Shown here piece after piece: positions 8,696 through 17,746 of a DNA stretch of 64,000 nucleotides. Location of the stretch: the NCBI GenBank assembly GCA_039714495.1, contig JBDLJD010000001.1, forward strand, positions 19,318-83,317. The letters are read 5' to 3'. This stretch comes from Thermodesulfobacteriota bacterium (GTDB lineage Bacteria; Desulfobacterota; Desulfobacteria; Desulfobacterales; B30-G6). The number at the start of each line of letters is the position of its first letter. The first letter of the stretch is position 1. The notes beneath the pieces were generated by a model. The model made no database searches. It saw only the letters and a program-made list of their open reading frames with translations, and had not been told where the DNA came from. Both the position numbers and the translations under genes were made by a program.

Positions 8696-9541
8696 ATGAA
8701 CATTTTACATATCTCTGATCTTCATTTCGGCCCCCGTCACTGGGAGGGAGACGACAATATTCTTCTGAAGAAGATTAACTCGTACGATGCCGATATTGTT
8801 ATCAACACTGGAGACAGTACGACAGATGGTCTGGAAGATGAGTATGCAGAGGCAGGACGCTTCTTAAAAGCTATCGAGTGCAAAAATGTTATCTCCATCA
8901 TCGGGAATCACGACAAAAGAAATATGCGCTCGCATGAACTATTCCTGAAATATATTTTCGATCCAAAGATCTTCTCCCCGTCTGAAATGACACAAACCAC
9001 CAAGAAAAACCTTTTTTTGGACCGGGAGATAACCAAGGTCAGTGAAAATTTCACCGATTTAAATTTTATAAAAACCATCCCTGTAAATGGAAAATCTGTA
9101 TTGATTATCGGCATCGATTCCAATGAACTTTACACCGATGTGGGGTTTGTTGAAGAAGAGATCTTACATGCCGTTTCAGACAAAATCAATCAGATGGAAG
9201 ATGACGTGGCGCTGCTACTGACCCATCATTCCATTTTAGGCACCGATGAAGAACCCCTTAAGAATTCCTTACGCGTAATTGATTTTGTAAGGAAGCACAA
9301 AATCGAAAACGTCTTTTGCGGCCATACCCACGAACTTGAACTGAGACGAACCACCGATCTATATCACGGGCATTCCTTTACCCAGTTTATGTGCGGTACT
9401 CTGTCTTCTTGCAATCATGCCAACGATGACAACATGTTCCTGTATTATGAAAACTTGGGCAGCGATAATATGCACCTGTACCTGGTACGGATTTTTCCGG
9501 AGGAGGGCAAGGTGCATTTCAAAGAGGAACGGGTCTTTTAG
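8696..9541 (+). CDS. calcineurin-like metallophosphoesterase
   Basis: Motifs ILHISDLHFG, NTGDSTTDG, GNHD, THHS and CGHTH. Gene is noticeably AT-rich. Confidence 0.8.
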   Translation: MNILHISDLHFGPRHWEGDDNILLKKINSYDADIVINTGDSTTDGLEDEYAEAGRFLKAIECKNVISIIGNHDKRNMRSHELFLKYIFDPKIFSPSEMTQTTKKNLFLDREITKVSENFTDLNFIKTIPVNGKSVLIIGIDSNELYTDVGFVEEEILHAVSDKINQMEDDVALLLTHHSILGTDEEPLKNSLRVIDFVRKHKIENVFCGHTHELELRRTTDLYHGHSFTQFMCGTLSSCNHANDDNMFLYYENLGSDNMHLYLVRIFPEEGKVHFKEERVF

Positions 9542-9625
9542 GCAGCATTTTATAAAAAAGACTGACACCTTGCAGAAAAAGACGCACTGAAGACTCCAGC
9601 GCTCAATACAAATGCAAACCCATAA

Positions 9626-10900
9626 TTATTCGGAGGGTTTTGCGCTTTCCGACCGAAACCTTCCGGTCGGATCAAACTTTTTTAATACATCCAGCACATA
9701 TTCAATATCAGCGGGAGTATGATCGGCGTTTACCTGAAAACGGATCTCCTCATCTCCCCTGGGCACAACCGGAAAATTCAGTCCGGTAGCCAGGACACTG
9801 TTGTCGGTGAGCCATTGGACGATTGCGGCGGTGCGGGGCGTATCCCCGACCATCAGCGGCACCACGGGATGATCACCGGGAATCGTTTCAAAACCCAGAT
9901 CCAGCAGCCCCTTTTCAAATTTTTTCGTCATCTGATAAAGGTGTTCAAGCCGCTGCATACCCTGCGGGCCGTCAAGAATTTCCAGCGCTTTGAGCGAAGC
10001 AGCCGCTTCAGAACAGGTAATGGGGTTTGAATAGATATACATGGGAGCGCTTTCCCGGAGATATTCGATCAGGGTAGTAGAACCTGTCACATACCCTCCG
10101 TTTACCCCCAACGCCTTGCCCAGGGTACCCACCAAGACATCTACCCGGGCTCCGGTATACTCTTCTGTTCCGCGGCCGGTTTTGCCGAGCGCGCCGACCC
10201 CATGGGAATCATCTGCAATGGTAGTTACACCCTCTATAAACCGGTCTTCATATTTTCGGCAGATGGACACCAGTTCATCCAATGGCGCATGATCGCCGCG
10301 CATACTGAAAATGCCGTCCGTGATGACAAGGCAGCGCTTGCCCTCTTCCACAGCACCCTGCAGTTTGGTTTCCAGATCCTGCATGTCGTTATGGCGGTAA
10401 ATCAATTTTGCCGCCGGCCGGGCCAGCCGCATGGCCTGGATGATGCAGTTATGATTCAGCTCATCACTGATGATAACGGTTTCAGGTGTTGTCAAGGGAA
10501 AGATCACGCCCAGACTGGTTACATAGGCGGAGCTGAACAGCATGGCCGCCTTACGTCCGTGAAAGTGGGCCAGTTTCTTTTCCAGCTCGATATGAGGCCG
10601 GTAGGTTCCGCTGATAAACCGAACAGCTCCGGGACCTGCCCCGAATTCACGGGCGGCTTTTTCCTCGGCTTCGATGACGTCCTCAACCATGGTTATACCA
10701 AGGTATGAATTGGCGTTCATCCTGATAAATTCGCGGTTTCCGTGTCCGGCGACAAGGTAGCGCGGCCCCCTGTTGCCCGAGGCCCGGATCACCTTTTCGA
10801 TGATCATCTCGGGTCCCTTATCCCTTCCACCGGCCCGCAGTTCATCCAGATTCTTATGTAAGGCCGTATCCAGTTTTGACGATATCATAGTTACCCTCAT
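9626..10900 (-). CDS. kbl: 2-amino-3-ketobutyrate CoA ligase (glycine C-acetyltransferase), alpha-oxoamine synthase family
   Basis: Colinear with the Kbl/AONS family (NSYLG, DELNHNCII, DDSHGVG, PLP-lysine GTLGKALG). Lies immediately downstream of tdh. Confidence 0.8.
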   Translation of the reverse strand: MRVTMISSKLDTALHKNLDELRAGGRDKGPEMIIEKVIRASGNRGPRYLVAGHGNREFIRMNANSYLGITMVEDVIEAEEKAAREFGAGPGAVRFISGTYRPHIELEKKLAHFHGRKAAMLFSSAYVTSLGVIFPLTTPETVIISDELNHNCIIQAMRLARPAAKLIYRHNDMQDLETKLQGAVEEGKRCLVITDGIFSMRGDHAPLDELVSICRKYEDRFIEGVTTIADDSHGVGALGKTGRGTEEYTGARVDVLVGTLGKALGVNGGYVTGSTTLIEYLRESAPMYIYSNPITCSEAAASLKALEILDGPQGMQRLEHLYQMTKKFEKGLLDLGFETIPGDHPVVPLMVGDTPRTAAIVQWLTDNSVLATGLNFPVVPRGDEEIRFQVNADHTPADIEYVLDVLKKFDPTGRFRSESAKPSE

Positions 10901-10963
10901 ATGAGTGGTTATTTCCGGTGTCCTTCATTCACAAGTTTATACTCTTTTCTGAAATGGGATGCC

Positions 10964-11989
10964 TTATTTCCAATTCAAAACCACCTTTCCCGAATGACCG
11001 CTGTTCATGACATCGAACCCTTTCTGAAAATCGTCTACGGAAAACCGATGGGTAATGATCGGACGGATATTCAACCCGGACTGTAGAATGCTGACCATCT
11101 TGTACCATGTCTCGAATATTTCCCGGCCATAGATCCCCTTGAGGGTCAGCCCCTTGAAAATCACCTGGTTCGTGTCCAGGGCCGGCGGCTTGGCGTAAAT
11201 GCCGAGCATGGCGATTTTACCACCGTGGTTCATATTTTCGAGCATTTCGTGAAATGCGCCTGGAACGCCCGACATTTCCAGGCCCACATCGAACCCCTCG
11301 CGCATACCCAGCTCTTTCTGCACATCCCTGATGCGCTCCCGGCTGACATTCACCGTGCGGAAATTGCCAAGCTTGGATGCCAGTTCCAGGCGATAGTCAT
11401 TCACATCGGTAATCACGACATATCGGGCCCCGACATGTCCGGCCAGTGTTGCGGCCATGATTCCGATGGGTCCGGCACCGGTGATCAGGACATCCTCCCC
11501 CACCAGATTAAACGACAGGGCCGTATGGGCGGCATTTCCAAAGGGATCGAGGATGGCGGCGATTTCGTCTTCAATATTATCAGGCAGGTGAAAGGCGTTG
11601 CCGGCGGGAATGGACAGATATTCGGCAAAAGCACCGCTACGATTGACCCCGACCCCGACTGTATTGCGGCACAGATGGCGTTTACCGGCCCTGCAGTTTC
11701 GGCAGTAACCACAGGTGATGTGGCCCTCTCCTGAAACGCGGTCGCCTACCTTTATTCCGGTGACCTCTTTACCGACACGATCCACGATTCCGACAAACTC
11801 ATGACCGATAATCATTGGGGTTTTAATGGTTTTTTGGGACCATTCATCCCAGTTGAAAATATGCAGGTCCGTCCCGCAGATGGCTGTCTGCTGAATTTTG
11901 ATGCGAATGTCGTTCCCGTTTAAAACCGGTTCCGGCATCTCCTGCAGCCAAAGACCGGGCTCCGGCGCTGCTTTGACCAAGGCCCTCAT
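10964..11989 (-). CDS. tdh: L-threonine 3-dehydrogenase (Zn-dependent MDR family)
   Basis: 341 aa. Motifs [33 protein letters not shown] and GAGPIG. Paired with kbl. Confidence 0.9.
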   Translation of the reverse strand: MRALVKAAPEPGLWLQEMPEPVLNGNDIRIKIQQTAICGTDLHIFNWDEWSQKTIKTPMIIGHEFVGIVDRVGKEVTGIKVGDRVSGEGHITCGYCRNCRAGKRHLCRNTVGVGVNRSGAFAEYLSIPAGNAFHLPDNIEDEIAAILDPFGNAAHTALSFNLVGEDVLITGAGPIGIMAATLAGHVGARYVVITDVNDYRLELASKLGNFRTVNVSRERIRDVQKELGMREGFDVGLEMSGVPGAFHEMLENMNHGGKIAMLGIYAKPPALDTNQVIFKGLTLKGIYGREIFETWYKMVSILQSGLNIRPIITHRFSVDDFQKGFDVMNSGHSGKVVLNWK

Positions 11990-12013
11990 ACGAATCTCCT
12001 CTTGTATTGACTG

Positions 12014-12474
12014 CTAATAATAATCCACCCACTTTCGGATGGCATCCAGGTAGATAACTGTTTCTGAAGACAATATCCCGCCGATCTGGTTGAGATCTTC
12101 CATCAAAAAAGAGCGTAGTTCTTCGCGGGAATGGAAAAAACTTCCGCTAAAAGATCGTGACGCCCGGTGGCATTGATCACCGATCTGACACCGCTCAACC
12201 GAGCGATTTTTTCCATAATCTGACGATGATCCCTTTTTTCCAGACTCATACCCACCAGGGCAACGATGCTGTTTTCAAAATAGAGTGGATTCACTTGAGC
12301 CGTGATTTTAAGCAGGCCCTCGGCGATCATCTTGCCTACCCTCAAACGGATGGTACCGTCGGAAAGATCCAGCTTCCCGGCGATGTTCTTGAATGATGCC
12401 CTGCCGTATTTTTGAAGCTCGACAATGATTTGCCGGTCAATATCATCAGGCAGATATTTTTGTGATTTGACCAT
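12014..12474 (-). pseudogene. Lrp/AsnC-family transcriptional regulator interrupted by a 1-nt frameshift in a homopolymer
   Basis: Frame a reads MVKSQKYLPDDIDRQIIVELQKYGRASFKNIAGKLDLSDGTIRLRV...RHDLLAEVF and stops at 12103. After the A6 run (plus 12135-12140) the adjacent frame reads FHSREELRSFLMEDLNQIGGILSSETVIYLDAIRKWVDYY to TAG at 12014-12016. One extra A/T restores a 153-aa Lrp-length protein. Confidence 0.7.
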
Positions 12475-12604
12475 AATAGCCCAACTTCTCTGATATGAAT
12501 TCTTTGTAAACCCCGTCTTTTTCCTAGGATAAATCAAATTTGGGTCCCGCTATTTTCCAAGTTTCAATATATTTTCGCCCAACAAGGATGTCAACAATGA
12601 ACCT

Positions 12605-12633
12605 CCCCGCCGCAAGCGACGGGGTATCAAAAT
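12605..12633 (+). repeat. GC-rich REP-like hairpin unit A (ccccgccgcaagcgacggggtatcaaaa)
   Basis: Stem ccccg/cgggg around cgcaagcg, followed by GGGGTATCAAAA. A near-identical unit sits at 12697-12727. Confidence 0.7.
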
Positions 12634-12649
12634 TGATAAAGACCTGATT

Positions 12650-12955
12650 TTAATGGGGGACACGTAGTTTCCCCCAAACCCCCTTCCACTTGCTTACCCC
12701 ACCGCAAGCGGGTGGGGTATTCAAAAGCGAATAATAAACTGTTTGCTTTTTCAGACAACCAAGAATGACCTGCTCGGAGATATTCAAAACAGAAGCAATC
12801 ATCAGATTCTGGGCGACTGCCGGCTTTATGATCTTCTCAAGATAAAACTCATTATTAAACCGCTTATCGATGGTTGTTTCGTAATGCCAGTGCAGATATG
12901 AGCTATTCGATGCCTCCCGGGGGATGCTCTTCGGCTTATACCCTGAGCGCATCAT
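12650..12955 (-). CDS. hypothetical small protein (doubtful; 3' end runs into a REP-like hairpin)
   Basis: 101-aa AT-rich ORF with no recognisable motif. The last ~25 codons translate hairpin unit B. Confidence 0.25.
   Translation of the reverse strand: MMRSGYKPKSIPREASNSSYLHWHYETTIDKRFNNEFYLEKIIKPAVAQNLMIASVLNISEQVILGCLKKQTVYYSLLNTPPACGGVSKWKGVWGKLRVPH
12697..12727 (+). repeat. GC-rich REP-like hairpin unit B (ccccaccgcaagcgggtggggtattcaaaag)
   Basis: 7-bp stem ccccacc/ggtgggg with loop gcaagcg and tail GTATTCAAAAG. A degenerate third unit (gcccaaaggtgggtattttcataagg) lies at about 12984-13009. Confidence 0.7.
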
Positions 12956-13098
12956 TTATTATCCGGTCTTTCATAGTATCAGCCGCCCAAAGGTGGGTAT
13001 TTTCATAAGGCATTAGGGGCGTTTCCCTTTAAATATATTCCGCTACATGATCGGGCCATGTTGTTCTTGAGCCGGAATTTGCAATAACGCTGGTCGGT

Positions 13099-14466
13099 TT
13101 AGGAGAAAAAAGTGGCATGGATGGCATTCACGGCCCGGCTCAGATTTTTTGTTTTGGCCAGAAAATAAAGCGCGGCCCGTGACGGCCCGAATGATATCAT
13201 TTCCACGTTGACCCCCCCTTTTGCTACCGCCGTAAAACAGCGTGCCGCGATTCCTTTCTTTTGAAATAAACCTTCACCCACGATGCTGACCAGTGCCAGG
13301 TCGTCCACTGTCTCAACGGTTCGGTAGGGCTTCGGGGCAATGGTTTTAAGCGCCTGTCGTCCGGCTTCCAAATCACTGCCGGCCAGCAGGAGGCTGATAC
13401 ACGTTTGAGAGGTGACCACCGATTTGATGTTGATACCGTTGTCCGTCAGACTGCCGGCAACAAGGGCCAGAATCCCCGGCCTGGCCCCAACCCCTGAGGC
13501 ATGTACCTTGAGAATGCCGATGTCGGTATCATGGGCAACACTTTTGATGATGCTCTTGTGCCTCGGGCTGCGGGCCGTGATCAGGCTTCCGGGGGCGTCG
13601 GGGTTTAATGTGTTTTTGATTTCAACCTTGATTTTTTTTCTGCGTACCGGTTCCATGGCACGTGGGTGGAGAATACCGGCCCCGAAATAAGCCAACTCCG
13701 CAGCCTCGCTATAGGAAAGTACCGGTATCAGCTTTGCAGCAGAAACCAGATTAGGGTCCGCACTCATGAATCCGTCCACATCTTTCCAGATTTCAAGAAG
13801 CGCAGCTTTTGCAGCGACGGCAGCCACCGCAGCCGAGTAATCCGATCCACCGCGCCCGAAGGTTGTGATATCACCGGTTTTGCTGACCCCGTAAAAACCA
13901 GGAATAAACAGGATAGCATCTTTTTTCAGCAGTGGATTGATGTATTGCTGAAAATTCCGGGTGGTCTGCTTCAGATCGGCGGTGGCATCACCAAACTTTC
14001 CGTCGGTGAGCATGCCTATTTTATGCGGCATCCGGCAGGTCGCTTTGATTCCCCGGCTTCGTAGGATGGCGGTAAGCAGCCGAGCGCTGAAGCGCTCTCC
14101 AAAACTACTGACGATATCATGCAGGCGGGGAGATATTTCTCTTGTAAAATTAAGACCATAGTAAAGCCGTTCGAGTTTGCCGATGTTTTTATTCAAATCA
14201 CGATTGAATTTACCACAATCCTTGCGGTTTTTGATCAGATAGCGGGCAATCAACATGTGTCGGGCTTTTAATCGGCTGATGATTCCCGGAATATTTTCAT
14301 CACTTTCAAGGGCCATGTTCATGCCGTCGATCAGCATGTCGGTGATGCCGTACAAGGCCGATACGACAATGATATGGCCCTTTGCTCTTTCTTCAACGAG
14401 GTCGAGAATTCGGGCGATTGTATTTTTGCCGTGTAGACATCCGCCGCCGATTTTAATTACTTTCAT
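13099..14466 (-). CDS. aspartate kinase (LysC-III-like, with C-terminal ACT domains)
   Basis: 455 aa. Motifs KIGGG and TFGRGGSDYSAAVAA, AELAYFGAGILHP, and a C-terminal pair of ACT-like repeats (LVSIVGEGL...). Confidence 0.85.
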   Translation of the reverse strand: MKVIKIGGGCLHGKNTIARILDLVEERAKGHIIVVSALYGITDMLIDGMNMALESDENIPGIISRLKARHMLIARYLIKNRKDCGKFNRDLNKNIGKLERLYYGLNFTREISPRLHDIVSSFGERFSARLLTAILRSRGIKATCRMPHKIGMLTDGKFGDATADLKQTTRNFQQYINPLLKKDAILFIPGFYGVSKTGDITTFGRGGSDYSAAVAAVAAKAALLEIWKDVDGFMSADPNLVSAAKLIPVLSYSEAAELAYFGAGILHPRAMEPVRRKKIKVEIKNTLNPDAPGSLITARSPRHKSIIKSVAHDTDIGILKVHASGVGARPGILALVAGSLTDNGINIKSVVTSQTCISLLLAGSDLEAGRQALKTIAPKPYRTVETVDDLALVSIVGEGLFQKKGIAARCFTAVAKGGVNVEMISFGPSRAALYFLAKTKNLSRAVNAIHATFFS

Positions 14467-14525
14467 TATTTTCCCTTAAGCTAGACGCACCCTTGACTTT
14501 TGCCAATTTATAATGCGGGTGCCAG

Positions 14526-15458
14526 TCACCGGCCTATCTGCGCTTTAATGGTCTGGTACCCTTCCGCTATAAAAGAAGCCGCCACTTTTTCCTGGGTCTC
14601 ATCGTCGGGTACAAGCGCGGACATGTAACCGCCCCGCCCCCCGCCGGTCACCTTGGCGCCCAAAGCACCCAGTGAAATCGCCCGGTCGCAGAGATCCACC
14701 AGAATTTCGTGGGAAAGATCCATGTCGATGAGGATCTTGTGGTTGGCCGTCATGATTTCGCCCACTTTTTTAAGATTATATGTTTCGAACGCTTTTTTCA
14801 TCTCAACCCCCTGGCTTATGATGGTGTCAAGACGTGATGCAAACAGGCCCGCATCGCGTTCAATTTCCTTTTCGACAAATATGTCCAGCTTGGAAGTATC
14901 GGCCGTTATGCCGCTGTTCCCCAATACCAGCCGGATGGGCTTTTCCAGCTTGATCTGCTCAAAATGTTTTTCCTCGTCCTTTATCCAGTATTTAATCAAA
15001 CCGCCATAGGTTGAAGCCGTGTTGTCTACGCCGCTGGGAATGCCGTGGTAGGCGAATTCACCCTCCCAGCCCACGTGATTGATCTGTTCGATGGTATAGT
15101 TCAGATTGAATTCGTCGTTGAGGGCCCGGGCCAGCGAGACGCAGCTGGCCGCACTGGCACCCACTCCGCTGCCGGCAAGAAGATCTCCGCCATAGGTGAT
15201 CTTGAGCGGTGTTTTTTGTACATCGATCTCCATAACTTCCAAAATATGGTTGATGGAGTCCACCTGTTGGTGTTGCTTTTTCTCTTTGTAGCCCGGAACT
15301 TCCATGCGGTTGTCTTCCAGTGTCCACCCCTCGCCGTCTGTTCGCTCCACCACAGCTTCCGTTACAAACGGCAGTGCCGCAAGAATGGCCGGAACCTCAC
15401 GTAGAACAAACTGGTCACCGATAAAAATTGTTTTTCCAAATGCTGTTCCTTTTCCCAT
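14526..15458 (-). CDS. GHMP-family kinase, mevalonate-kinase-like
   Basis: N-terminal AFGKTIFIGDQFVL (GK-x-I-x-x-G-E/D), GHMP motif LLAGSGVGASAAS, HGIPSGVDNTASTYGG, and C-terminal GAKVTGGGRGGY. Confidence 0.65.
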   Translation of the reverse strand: MGKGTAFGKTIFIGDQFVLREVPAILAALPFVTEAVVERTDGEGWTLEDNRMEVPGYKEKKQHQQVDSINHILEVMEIDVQKTPLKITYGGDLLAGSGVGASAASCVSLARALNDEFNLNYTIEQINHVGWEGEFAYHGIPSGVDNTASTYGGLIKYWIKDEEKHFEQIKLEKPIRLVLGNSGITADTSKLDIFVEKEIERDAGLFASRLDTIISQGVEMKKAFETYNLKKVGEIMTANHKILIDMDLSHEILVDLCDRAISLGALGAKVTGGGRGGYMSALVPDDETQEKVAASFIAEGYQTIKAQIGR

Positions 15459-15534
15459 GATTGACTCCTTATTTTTGTTTTCAAGTATTGCGTAGTAAAT
15501 TTAAATGCCTGATTATATGTATTATTTTTGTCAT

Positions 15535-16746
15535 TTATTGTGGCATTGTCAAAATCTTTTCCATTTCCGCGATGAGCGCTTCCTCTTTGCCGATGGCCAG
15601 AGTTGTCGCAGCGGTAAGACTGTGACAGGCATCGGAAAAGCCCCCTAGATTGCCGGTTGCCTCGGGAAGGAACGTGTCCAGCCCCGGCATCCGACCGGAC
15701 CGGATCTCTTCTTCCACAAAAACGGGGGCCCGCATGGAAATTTTTACTTCGTTAAAGGTGATGGGACCAAAACCGGGTATCTTGTTGGGAATAACCTGGA
15801 ACCCGGCTATGTATTTGCGTGCATCGAATCCCTCGGTTTCTTTATACATATCACAGAAGGCACCGATCATCTTGACACCCATGGGGTCAAAGCGCTCCTG
15901 GACATGAAACCACTGAATATGCTCGCTGTGCTTGATCTTCCCCTGCCGGATTTTTTTGATCTGATCCTCGAAAATTCCCGTTTGAATGTTGCGCAGTTTT
16001 TCCAGCATCTGATCCGATGCGGGCGTTATTCCTTCCAGGCAGACGTTGATACCCATGTCCGGGCCGTTCTGGTAGTAACCCGCCGCCCCCAGGGTATCCA
16101 GGTAAAAGCCTAGTTCGTCACAGGGCATAGGGCCTTTAGGGGTCAGTAAAATATAGTCCTCGCCCCTGTCGTGCTCTTTGATCTCCAGAAGGCCTTGTCG
16201 CTGGGTCTCCAGTGCCACCGCTCGATTCTGTGTCGCCAGGCGGCCGTCTAAAAAGAACTGATCGCCCACCGCTCCGATGGTGGCTATATAAGCCAGATCC
16301 CGGTTTGCAGGGTCCATTGTTTTTGCAAAAAGATAGCACGTTGTGGATGCGGTAATATCAAGATCGCCCTTGAGGCCGAAAAGCTCCGGGTCCAGGTTGT
16401 GCACCATGGGATCGGTGGATGGATTTGCCTTGTGGTGGTCCAGGATCAGGGTGAGATTTTTCCCACTGTTCAGATCCGAGATCAGAGGCGCAATTCTCCC
16501 GGCAAAATCGGTAAAAACAATCAGTTTGCCCTCCTGTTTGAAAACCTTTTTCAAAACGGCAGGGTAGGGTTTTTCCAGACAGTAACGCTTGACTTCAAAT
16601 CCTTTACGTTCAAATGCACGGGTCAAAATGGCGCCGGAAGTAAGACCGTCTGAATCATTGTGGTGGAACAGTTGTACGGCCTTTTCGGGCCATTTGTTTA
16701 CTTCCCGGATCGCCTTTTCCATTGCGTTGATTAACCGTGCCGGCAT
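15535..16746 (-). CDS. DHH-family phosphoesterase
   Basis: Motifs FHHNDSDGLTSGAIL (DxD) and LILDHHK (DHH). Start set at ATG 16746 (MPARLINAMEK), preceded by a caGGAGaag SD. The track start at 16833 is probably an over-extension. Confidence 0.7.
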   Translation of the reverse strand: MPARLINAMEKAIREVNKWPEKAVQLFHHNDSDGLTSGAILTRAFERKGFEVKRYCLEKPYPAVLKKVFKQEGKLIVFTDFAGRIAPLISDLNSGKNLTLILDHHKANPSTDPMVHNLDPELFGLKGDLDITASTTCYLFAKTMDPANRDLAYIATIGAVGDQFFLDGRLATQNRAVALETQRQGLLEIKEHDRGEDYILLTPKGPMPCDELGFYLDTLGAAGYYQNGPDMGINVCLEGITPASDQMLEKLRNIQTGIFEDQIKKIRQGKIKHSEHIQWFHVQERFDPMGVKMIGAFCDMYKETEGFDARKYIAGFQVIPNKIPGFGPITFNEVKISMRAPVFVEEEIRSGRMPGLDTFLPEATGNLGGFSDACHSLTAATTLAIGKEEALIAEMEKILTMPQ

Positions 16747-16855
16747 TTCTCTTCTCCTGTCGATGGATTCCCGTTTGCGGCTCGAAGCCCGTTGCCTATA
16801 AACCTCAGTACCGACAACTTCCGGTAAAGTCAAAAAAAATATTGACCCTCATTTA

Positions 16856-17668
16856 ATGATAACCGAATATGCAACAATGCAACTTTTTAAAGAATTCCCA
16901 TCACAGCCCAAATCCCGGATTCAGTTCGTTCTCACGGATATCGATGACACGTTAACGGTTCATGGACGCTTACCGTCTGTTGTTTTTTCGGCCATGGAAA
17001 AACTGGAGCAAAACAGCATTCTCGTTATCCCGATTACCGGGCGACCTGCTGGTTGGTGTGATCATATTGCCCGGATGTGGCCAGTGGCGGGTTTGGTGGG
17101 AGAAAATGGCGCCTTCTATTTTCGCTACGACACTGAAAAAAAGAAAATGATCCGACGCTATTTCAAGTCGGAAGAAGCACGAAGGAACGACCGAATAGCG
17201 CTGGATGCTGTAAAGCAGGAAATCCTAAAAAAGGTTCCCGGCGCCCGTGTATCTGCTGACCAAGCCTACCGGGAAGCGGACCTTGCCATCGATTTCTGTG
17301 AAGATGTTCCTCCCTTATCGGCGGAAGCCATCGACAATATCGTTCAAATTTTTTTACAGGCCGGCGCCCAGTCCAAGGAAAGCTCCATTCATGTTAATGG
17401 CTGGTTTGGAAATTATGACAAGCTAACCATGAGCCAAATATTTTTTGATGAGGTTTTTAAGCTATCGCTCGATCAGGCTAAAAATCAGGTTCTTTATATC
17501 GGCGACTCGCCCAATGACTGTCCCTTGTTCGCATTTTTTCCCCATTCCGTGGGCGTTGCCAACATCCTCGACTTCAAGGGCCGCCTGGAACATGAACCCG
17601 CCTGGATAACCGATGAACCCGGTGGGCACGGTTTTGCCGAAATGGCTCGTATCCTTTTGTCCCGTTGA
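16856..17668 (+). CDS. HAD-superfamily hydrolase, subfamily IIB-like sugar-phosphate phosphatase type
   Basis: Motif I FVLTDIDDTLT, ITGRPAG, and C-terminal YIGDSPNDCPLF. Divergent from the DHH gene. Confidence 0.7.
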   Translation: MITEYATMQLFKEFPSQPKSRIQFVLTDIDDTLTVHGRLPSVVFSAMEKLEQNSILVIPITGRPAGWCDHIARMWPVAGLVGENGAFYFRYDTEKKKMIRRYFKSEEARRNDRIALDAVKQEILKKVPGARVSADQAYREADLAIDFCEDVPPLSAEAIDNIVQIFLQAGAQSKESSIHVNGWFGNYDKLTMSQIFFDEVFKLSLDQAKNQVLYIGDSPNDCPLFAFFPHSVGVANILDFKGRLEHEPAWITDEPGGHGFAEMARILLSR

Positions 17669-17746
17669 ACAGAACGTCCGGTAGGCTATAACGCAGGCAA
17701 GCTATGCGGCAGATCGATTGTCGTTGCTGATATTTGTGCTGAATAG

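Noticed and set aside
8524-8718. 64-aa highly basic ORF upstream of the metallophosphoesterase
   Set aside because: It has no SD and Arg/Lys-rich low-complexity composition, and it overlaps the phosphoesterase start. It is probably non-coding leader.
9626-10900. Alpha-oxoamine synthase as a serine palmitoyltransferase linked to the nearby lipid cluster
   Set aside because: It is immediately downstream of an unambiguous tdh, forming the canonical tdh-kbl pair. It is separated from the lipid operon by an oppositely oriented phosphoesterase gene.
12605-12727. Possible mini-CRISPR array (two ~29-nt repeats)
   Set aside because: There are only two good copies with a ~63-nt spacer. The repeats are self-complementary REP-like hairpins with a conserved tail, and no cas genes occur in the window.
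12650-12955. HUH-type (IS200/RAYT) transposase suggested by the LHWHY motif between REP-like hairpins
   Set aside because: Only a His-hydrophobic-His triplet is present. There is no catalytic Tyr region or other Y1-transposase motif, the protein is too short, and its 3' end is hairpin-derived.
13099-14466. Amino-acid-kinase-family gene next to the MVK-like gene as an isopentenyl phosphate kinase
   Set aside because: It carries the aspartokinase-specific GRGGSDYSA signature and C-terminal ACT repeats, and it is 455 aa long. IPKs are ~250 aa without ACT domains.
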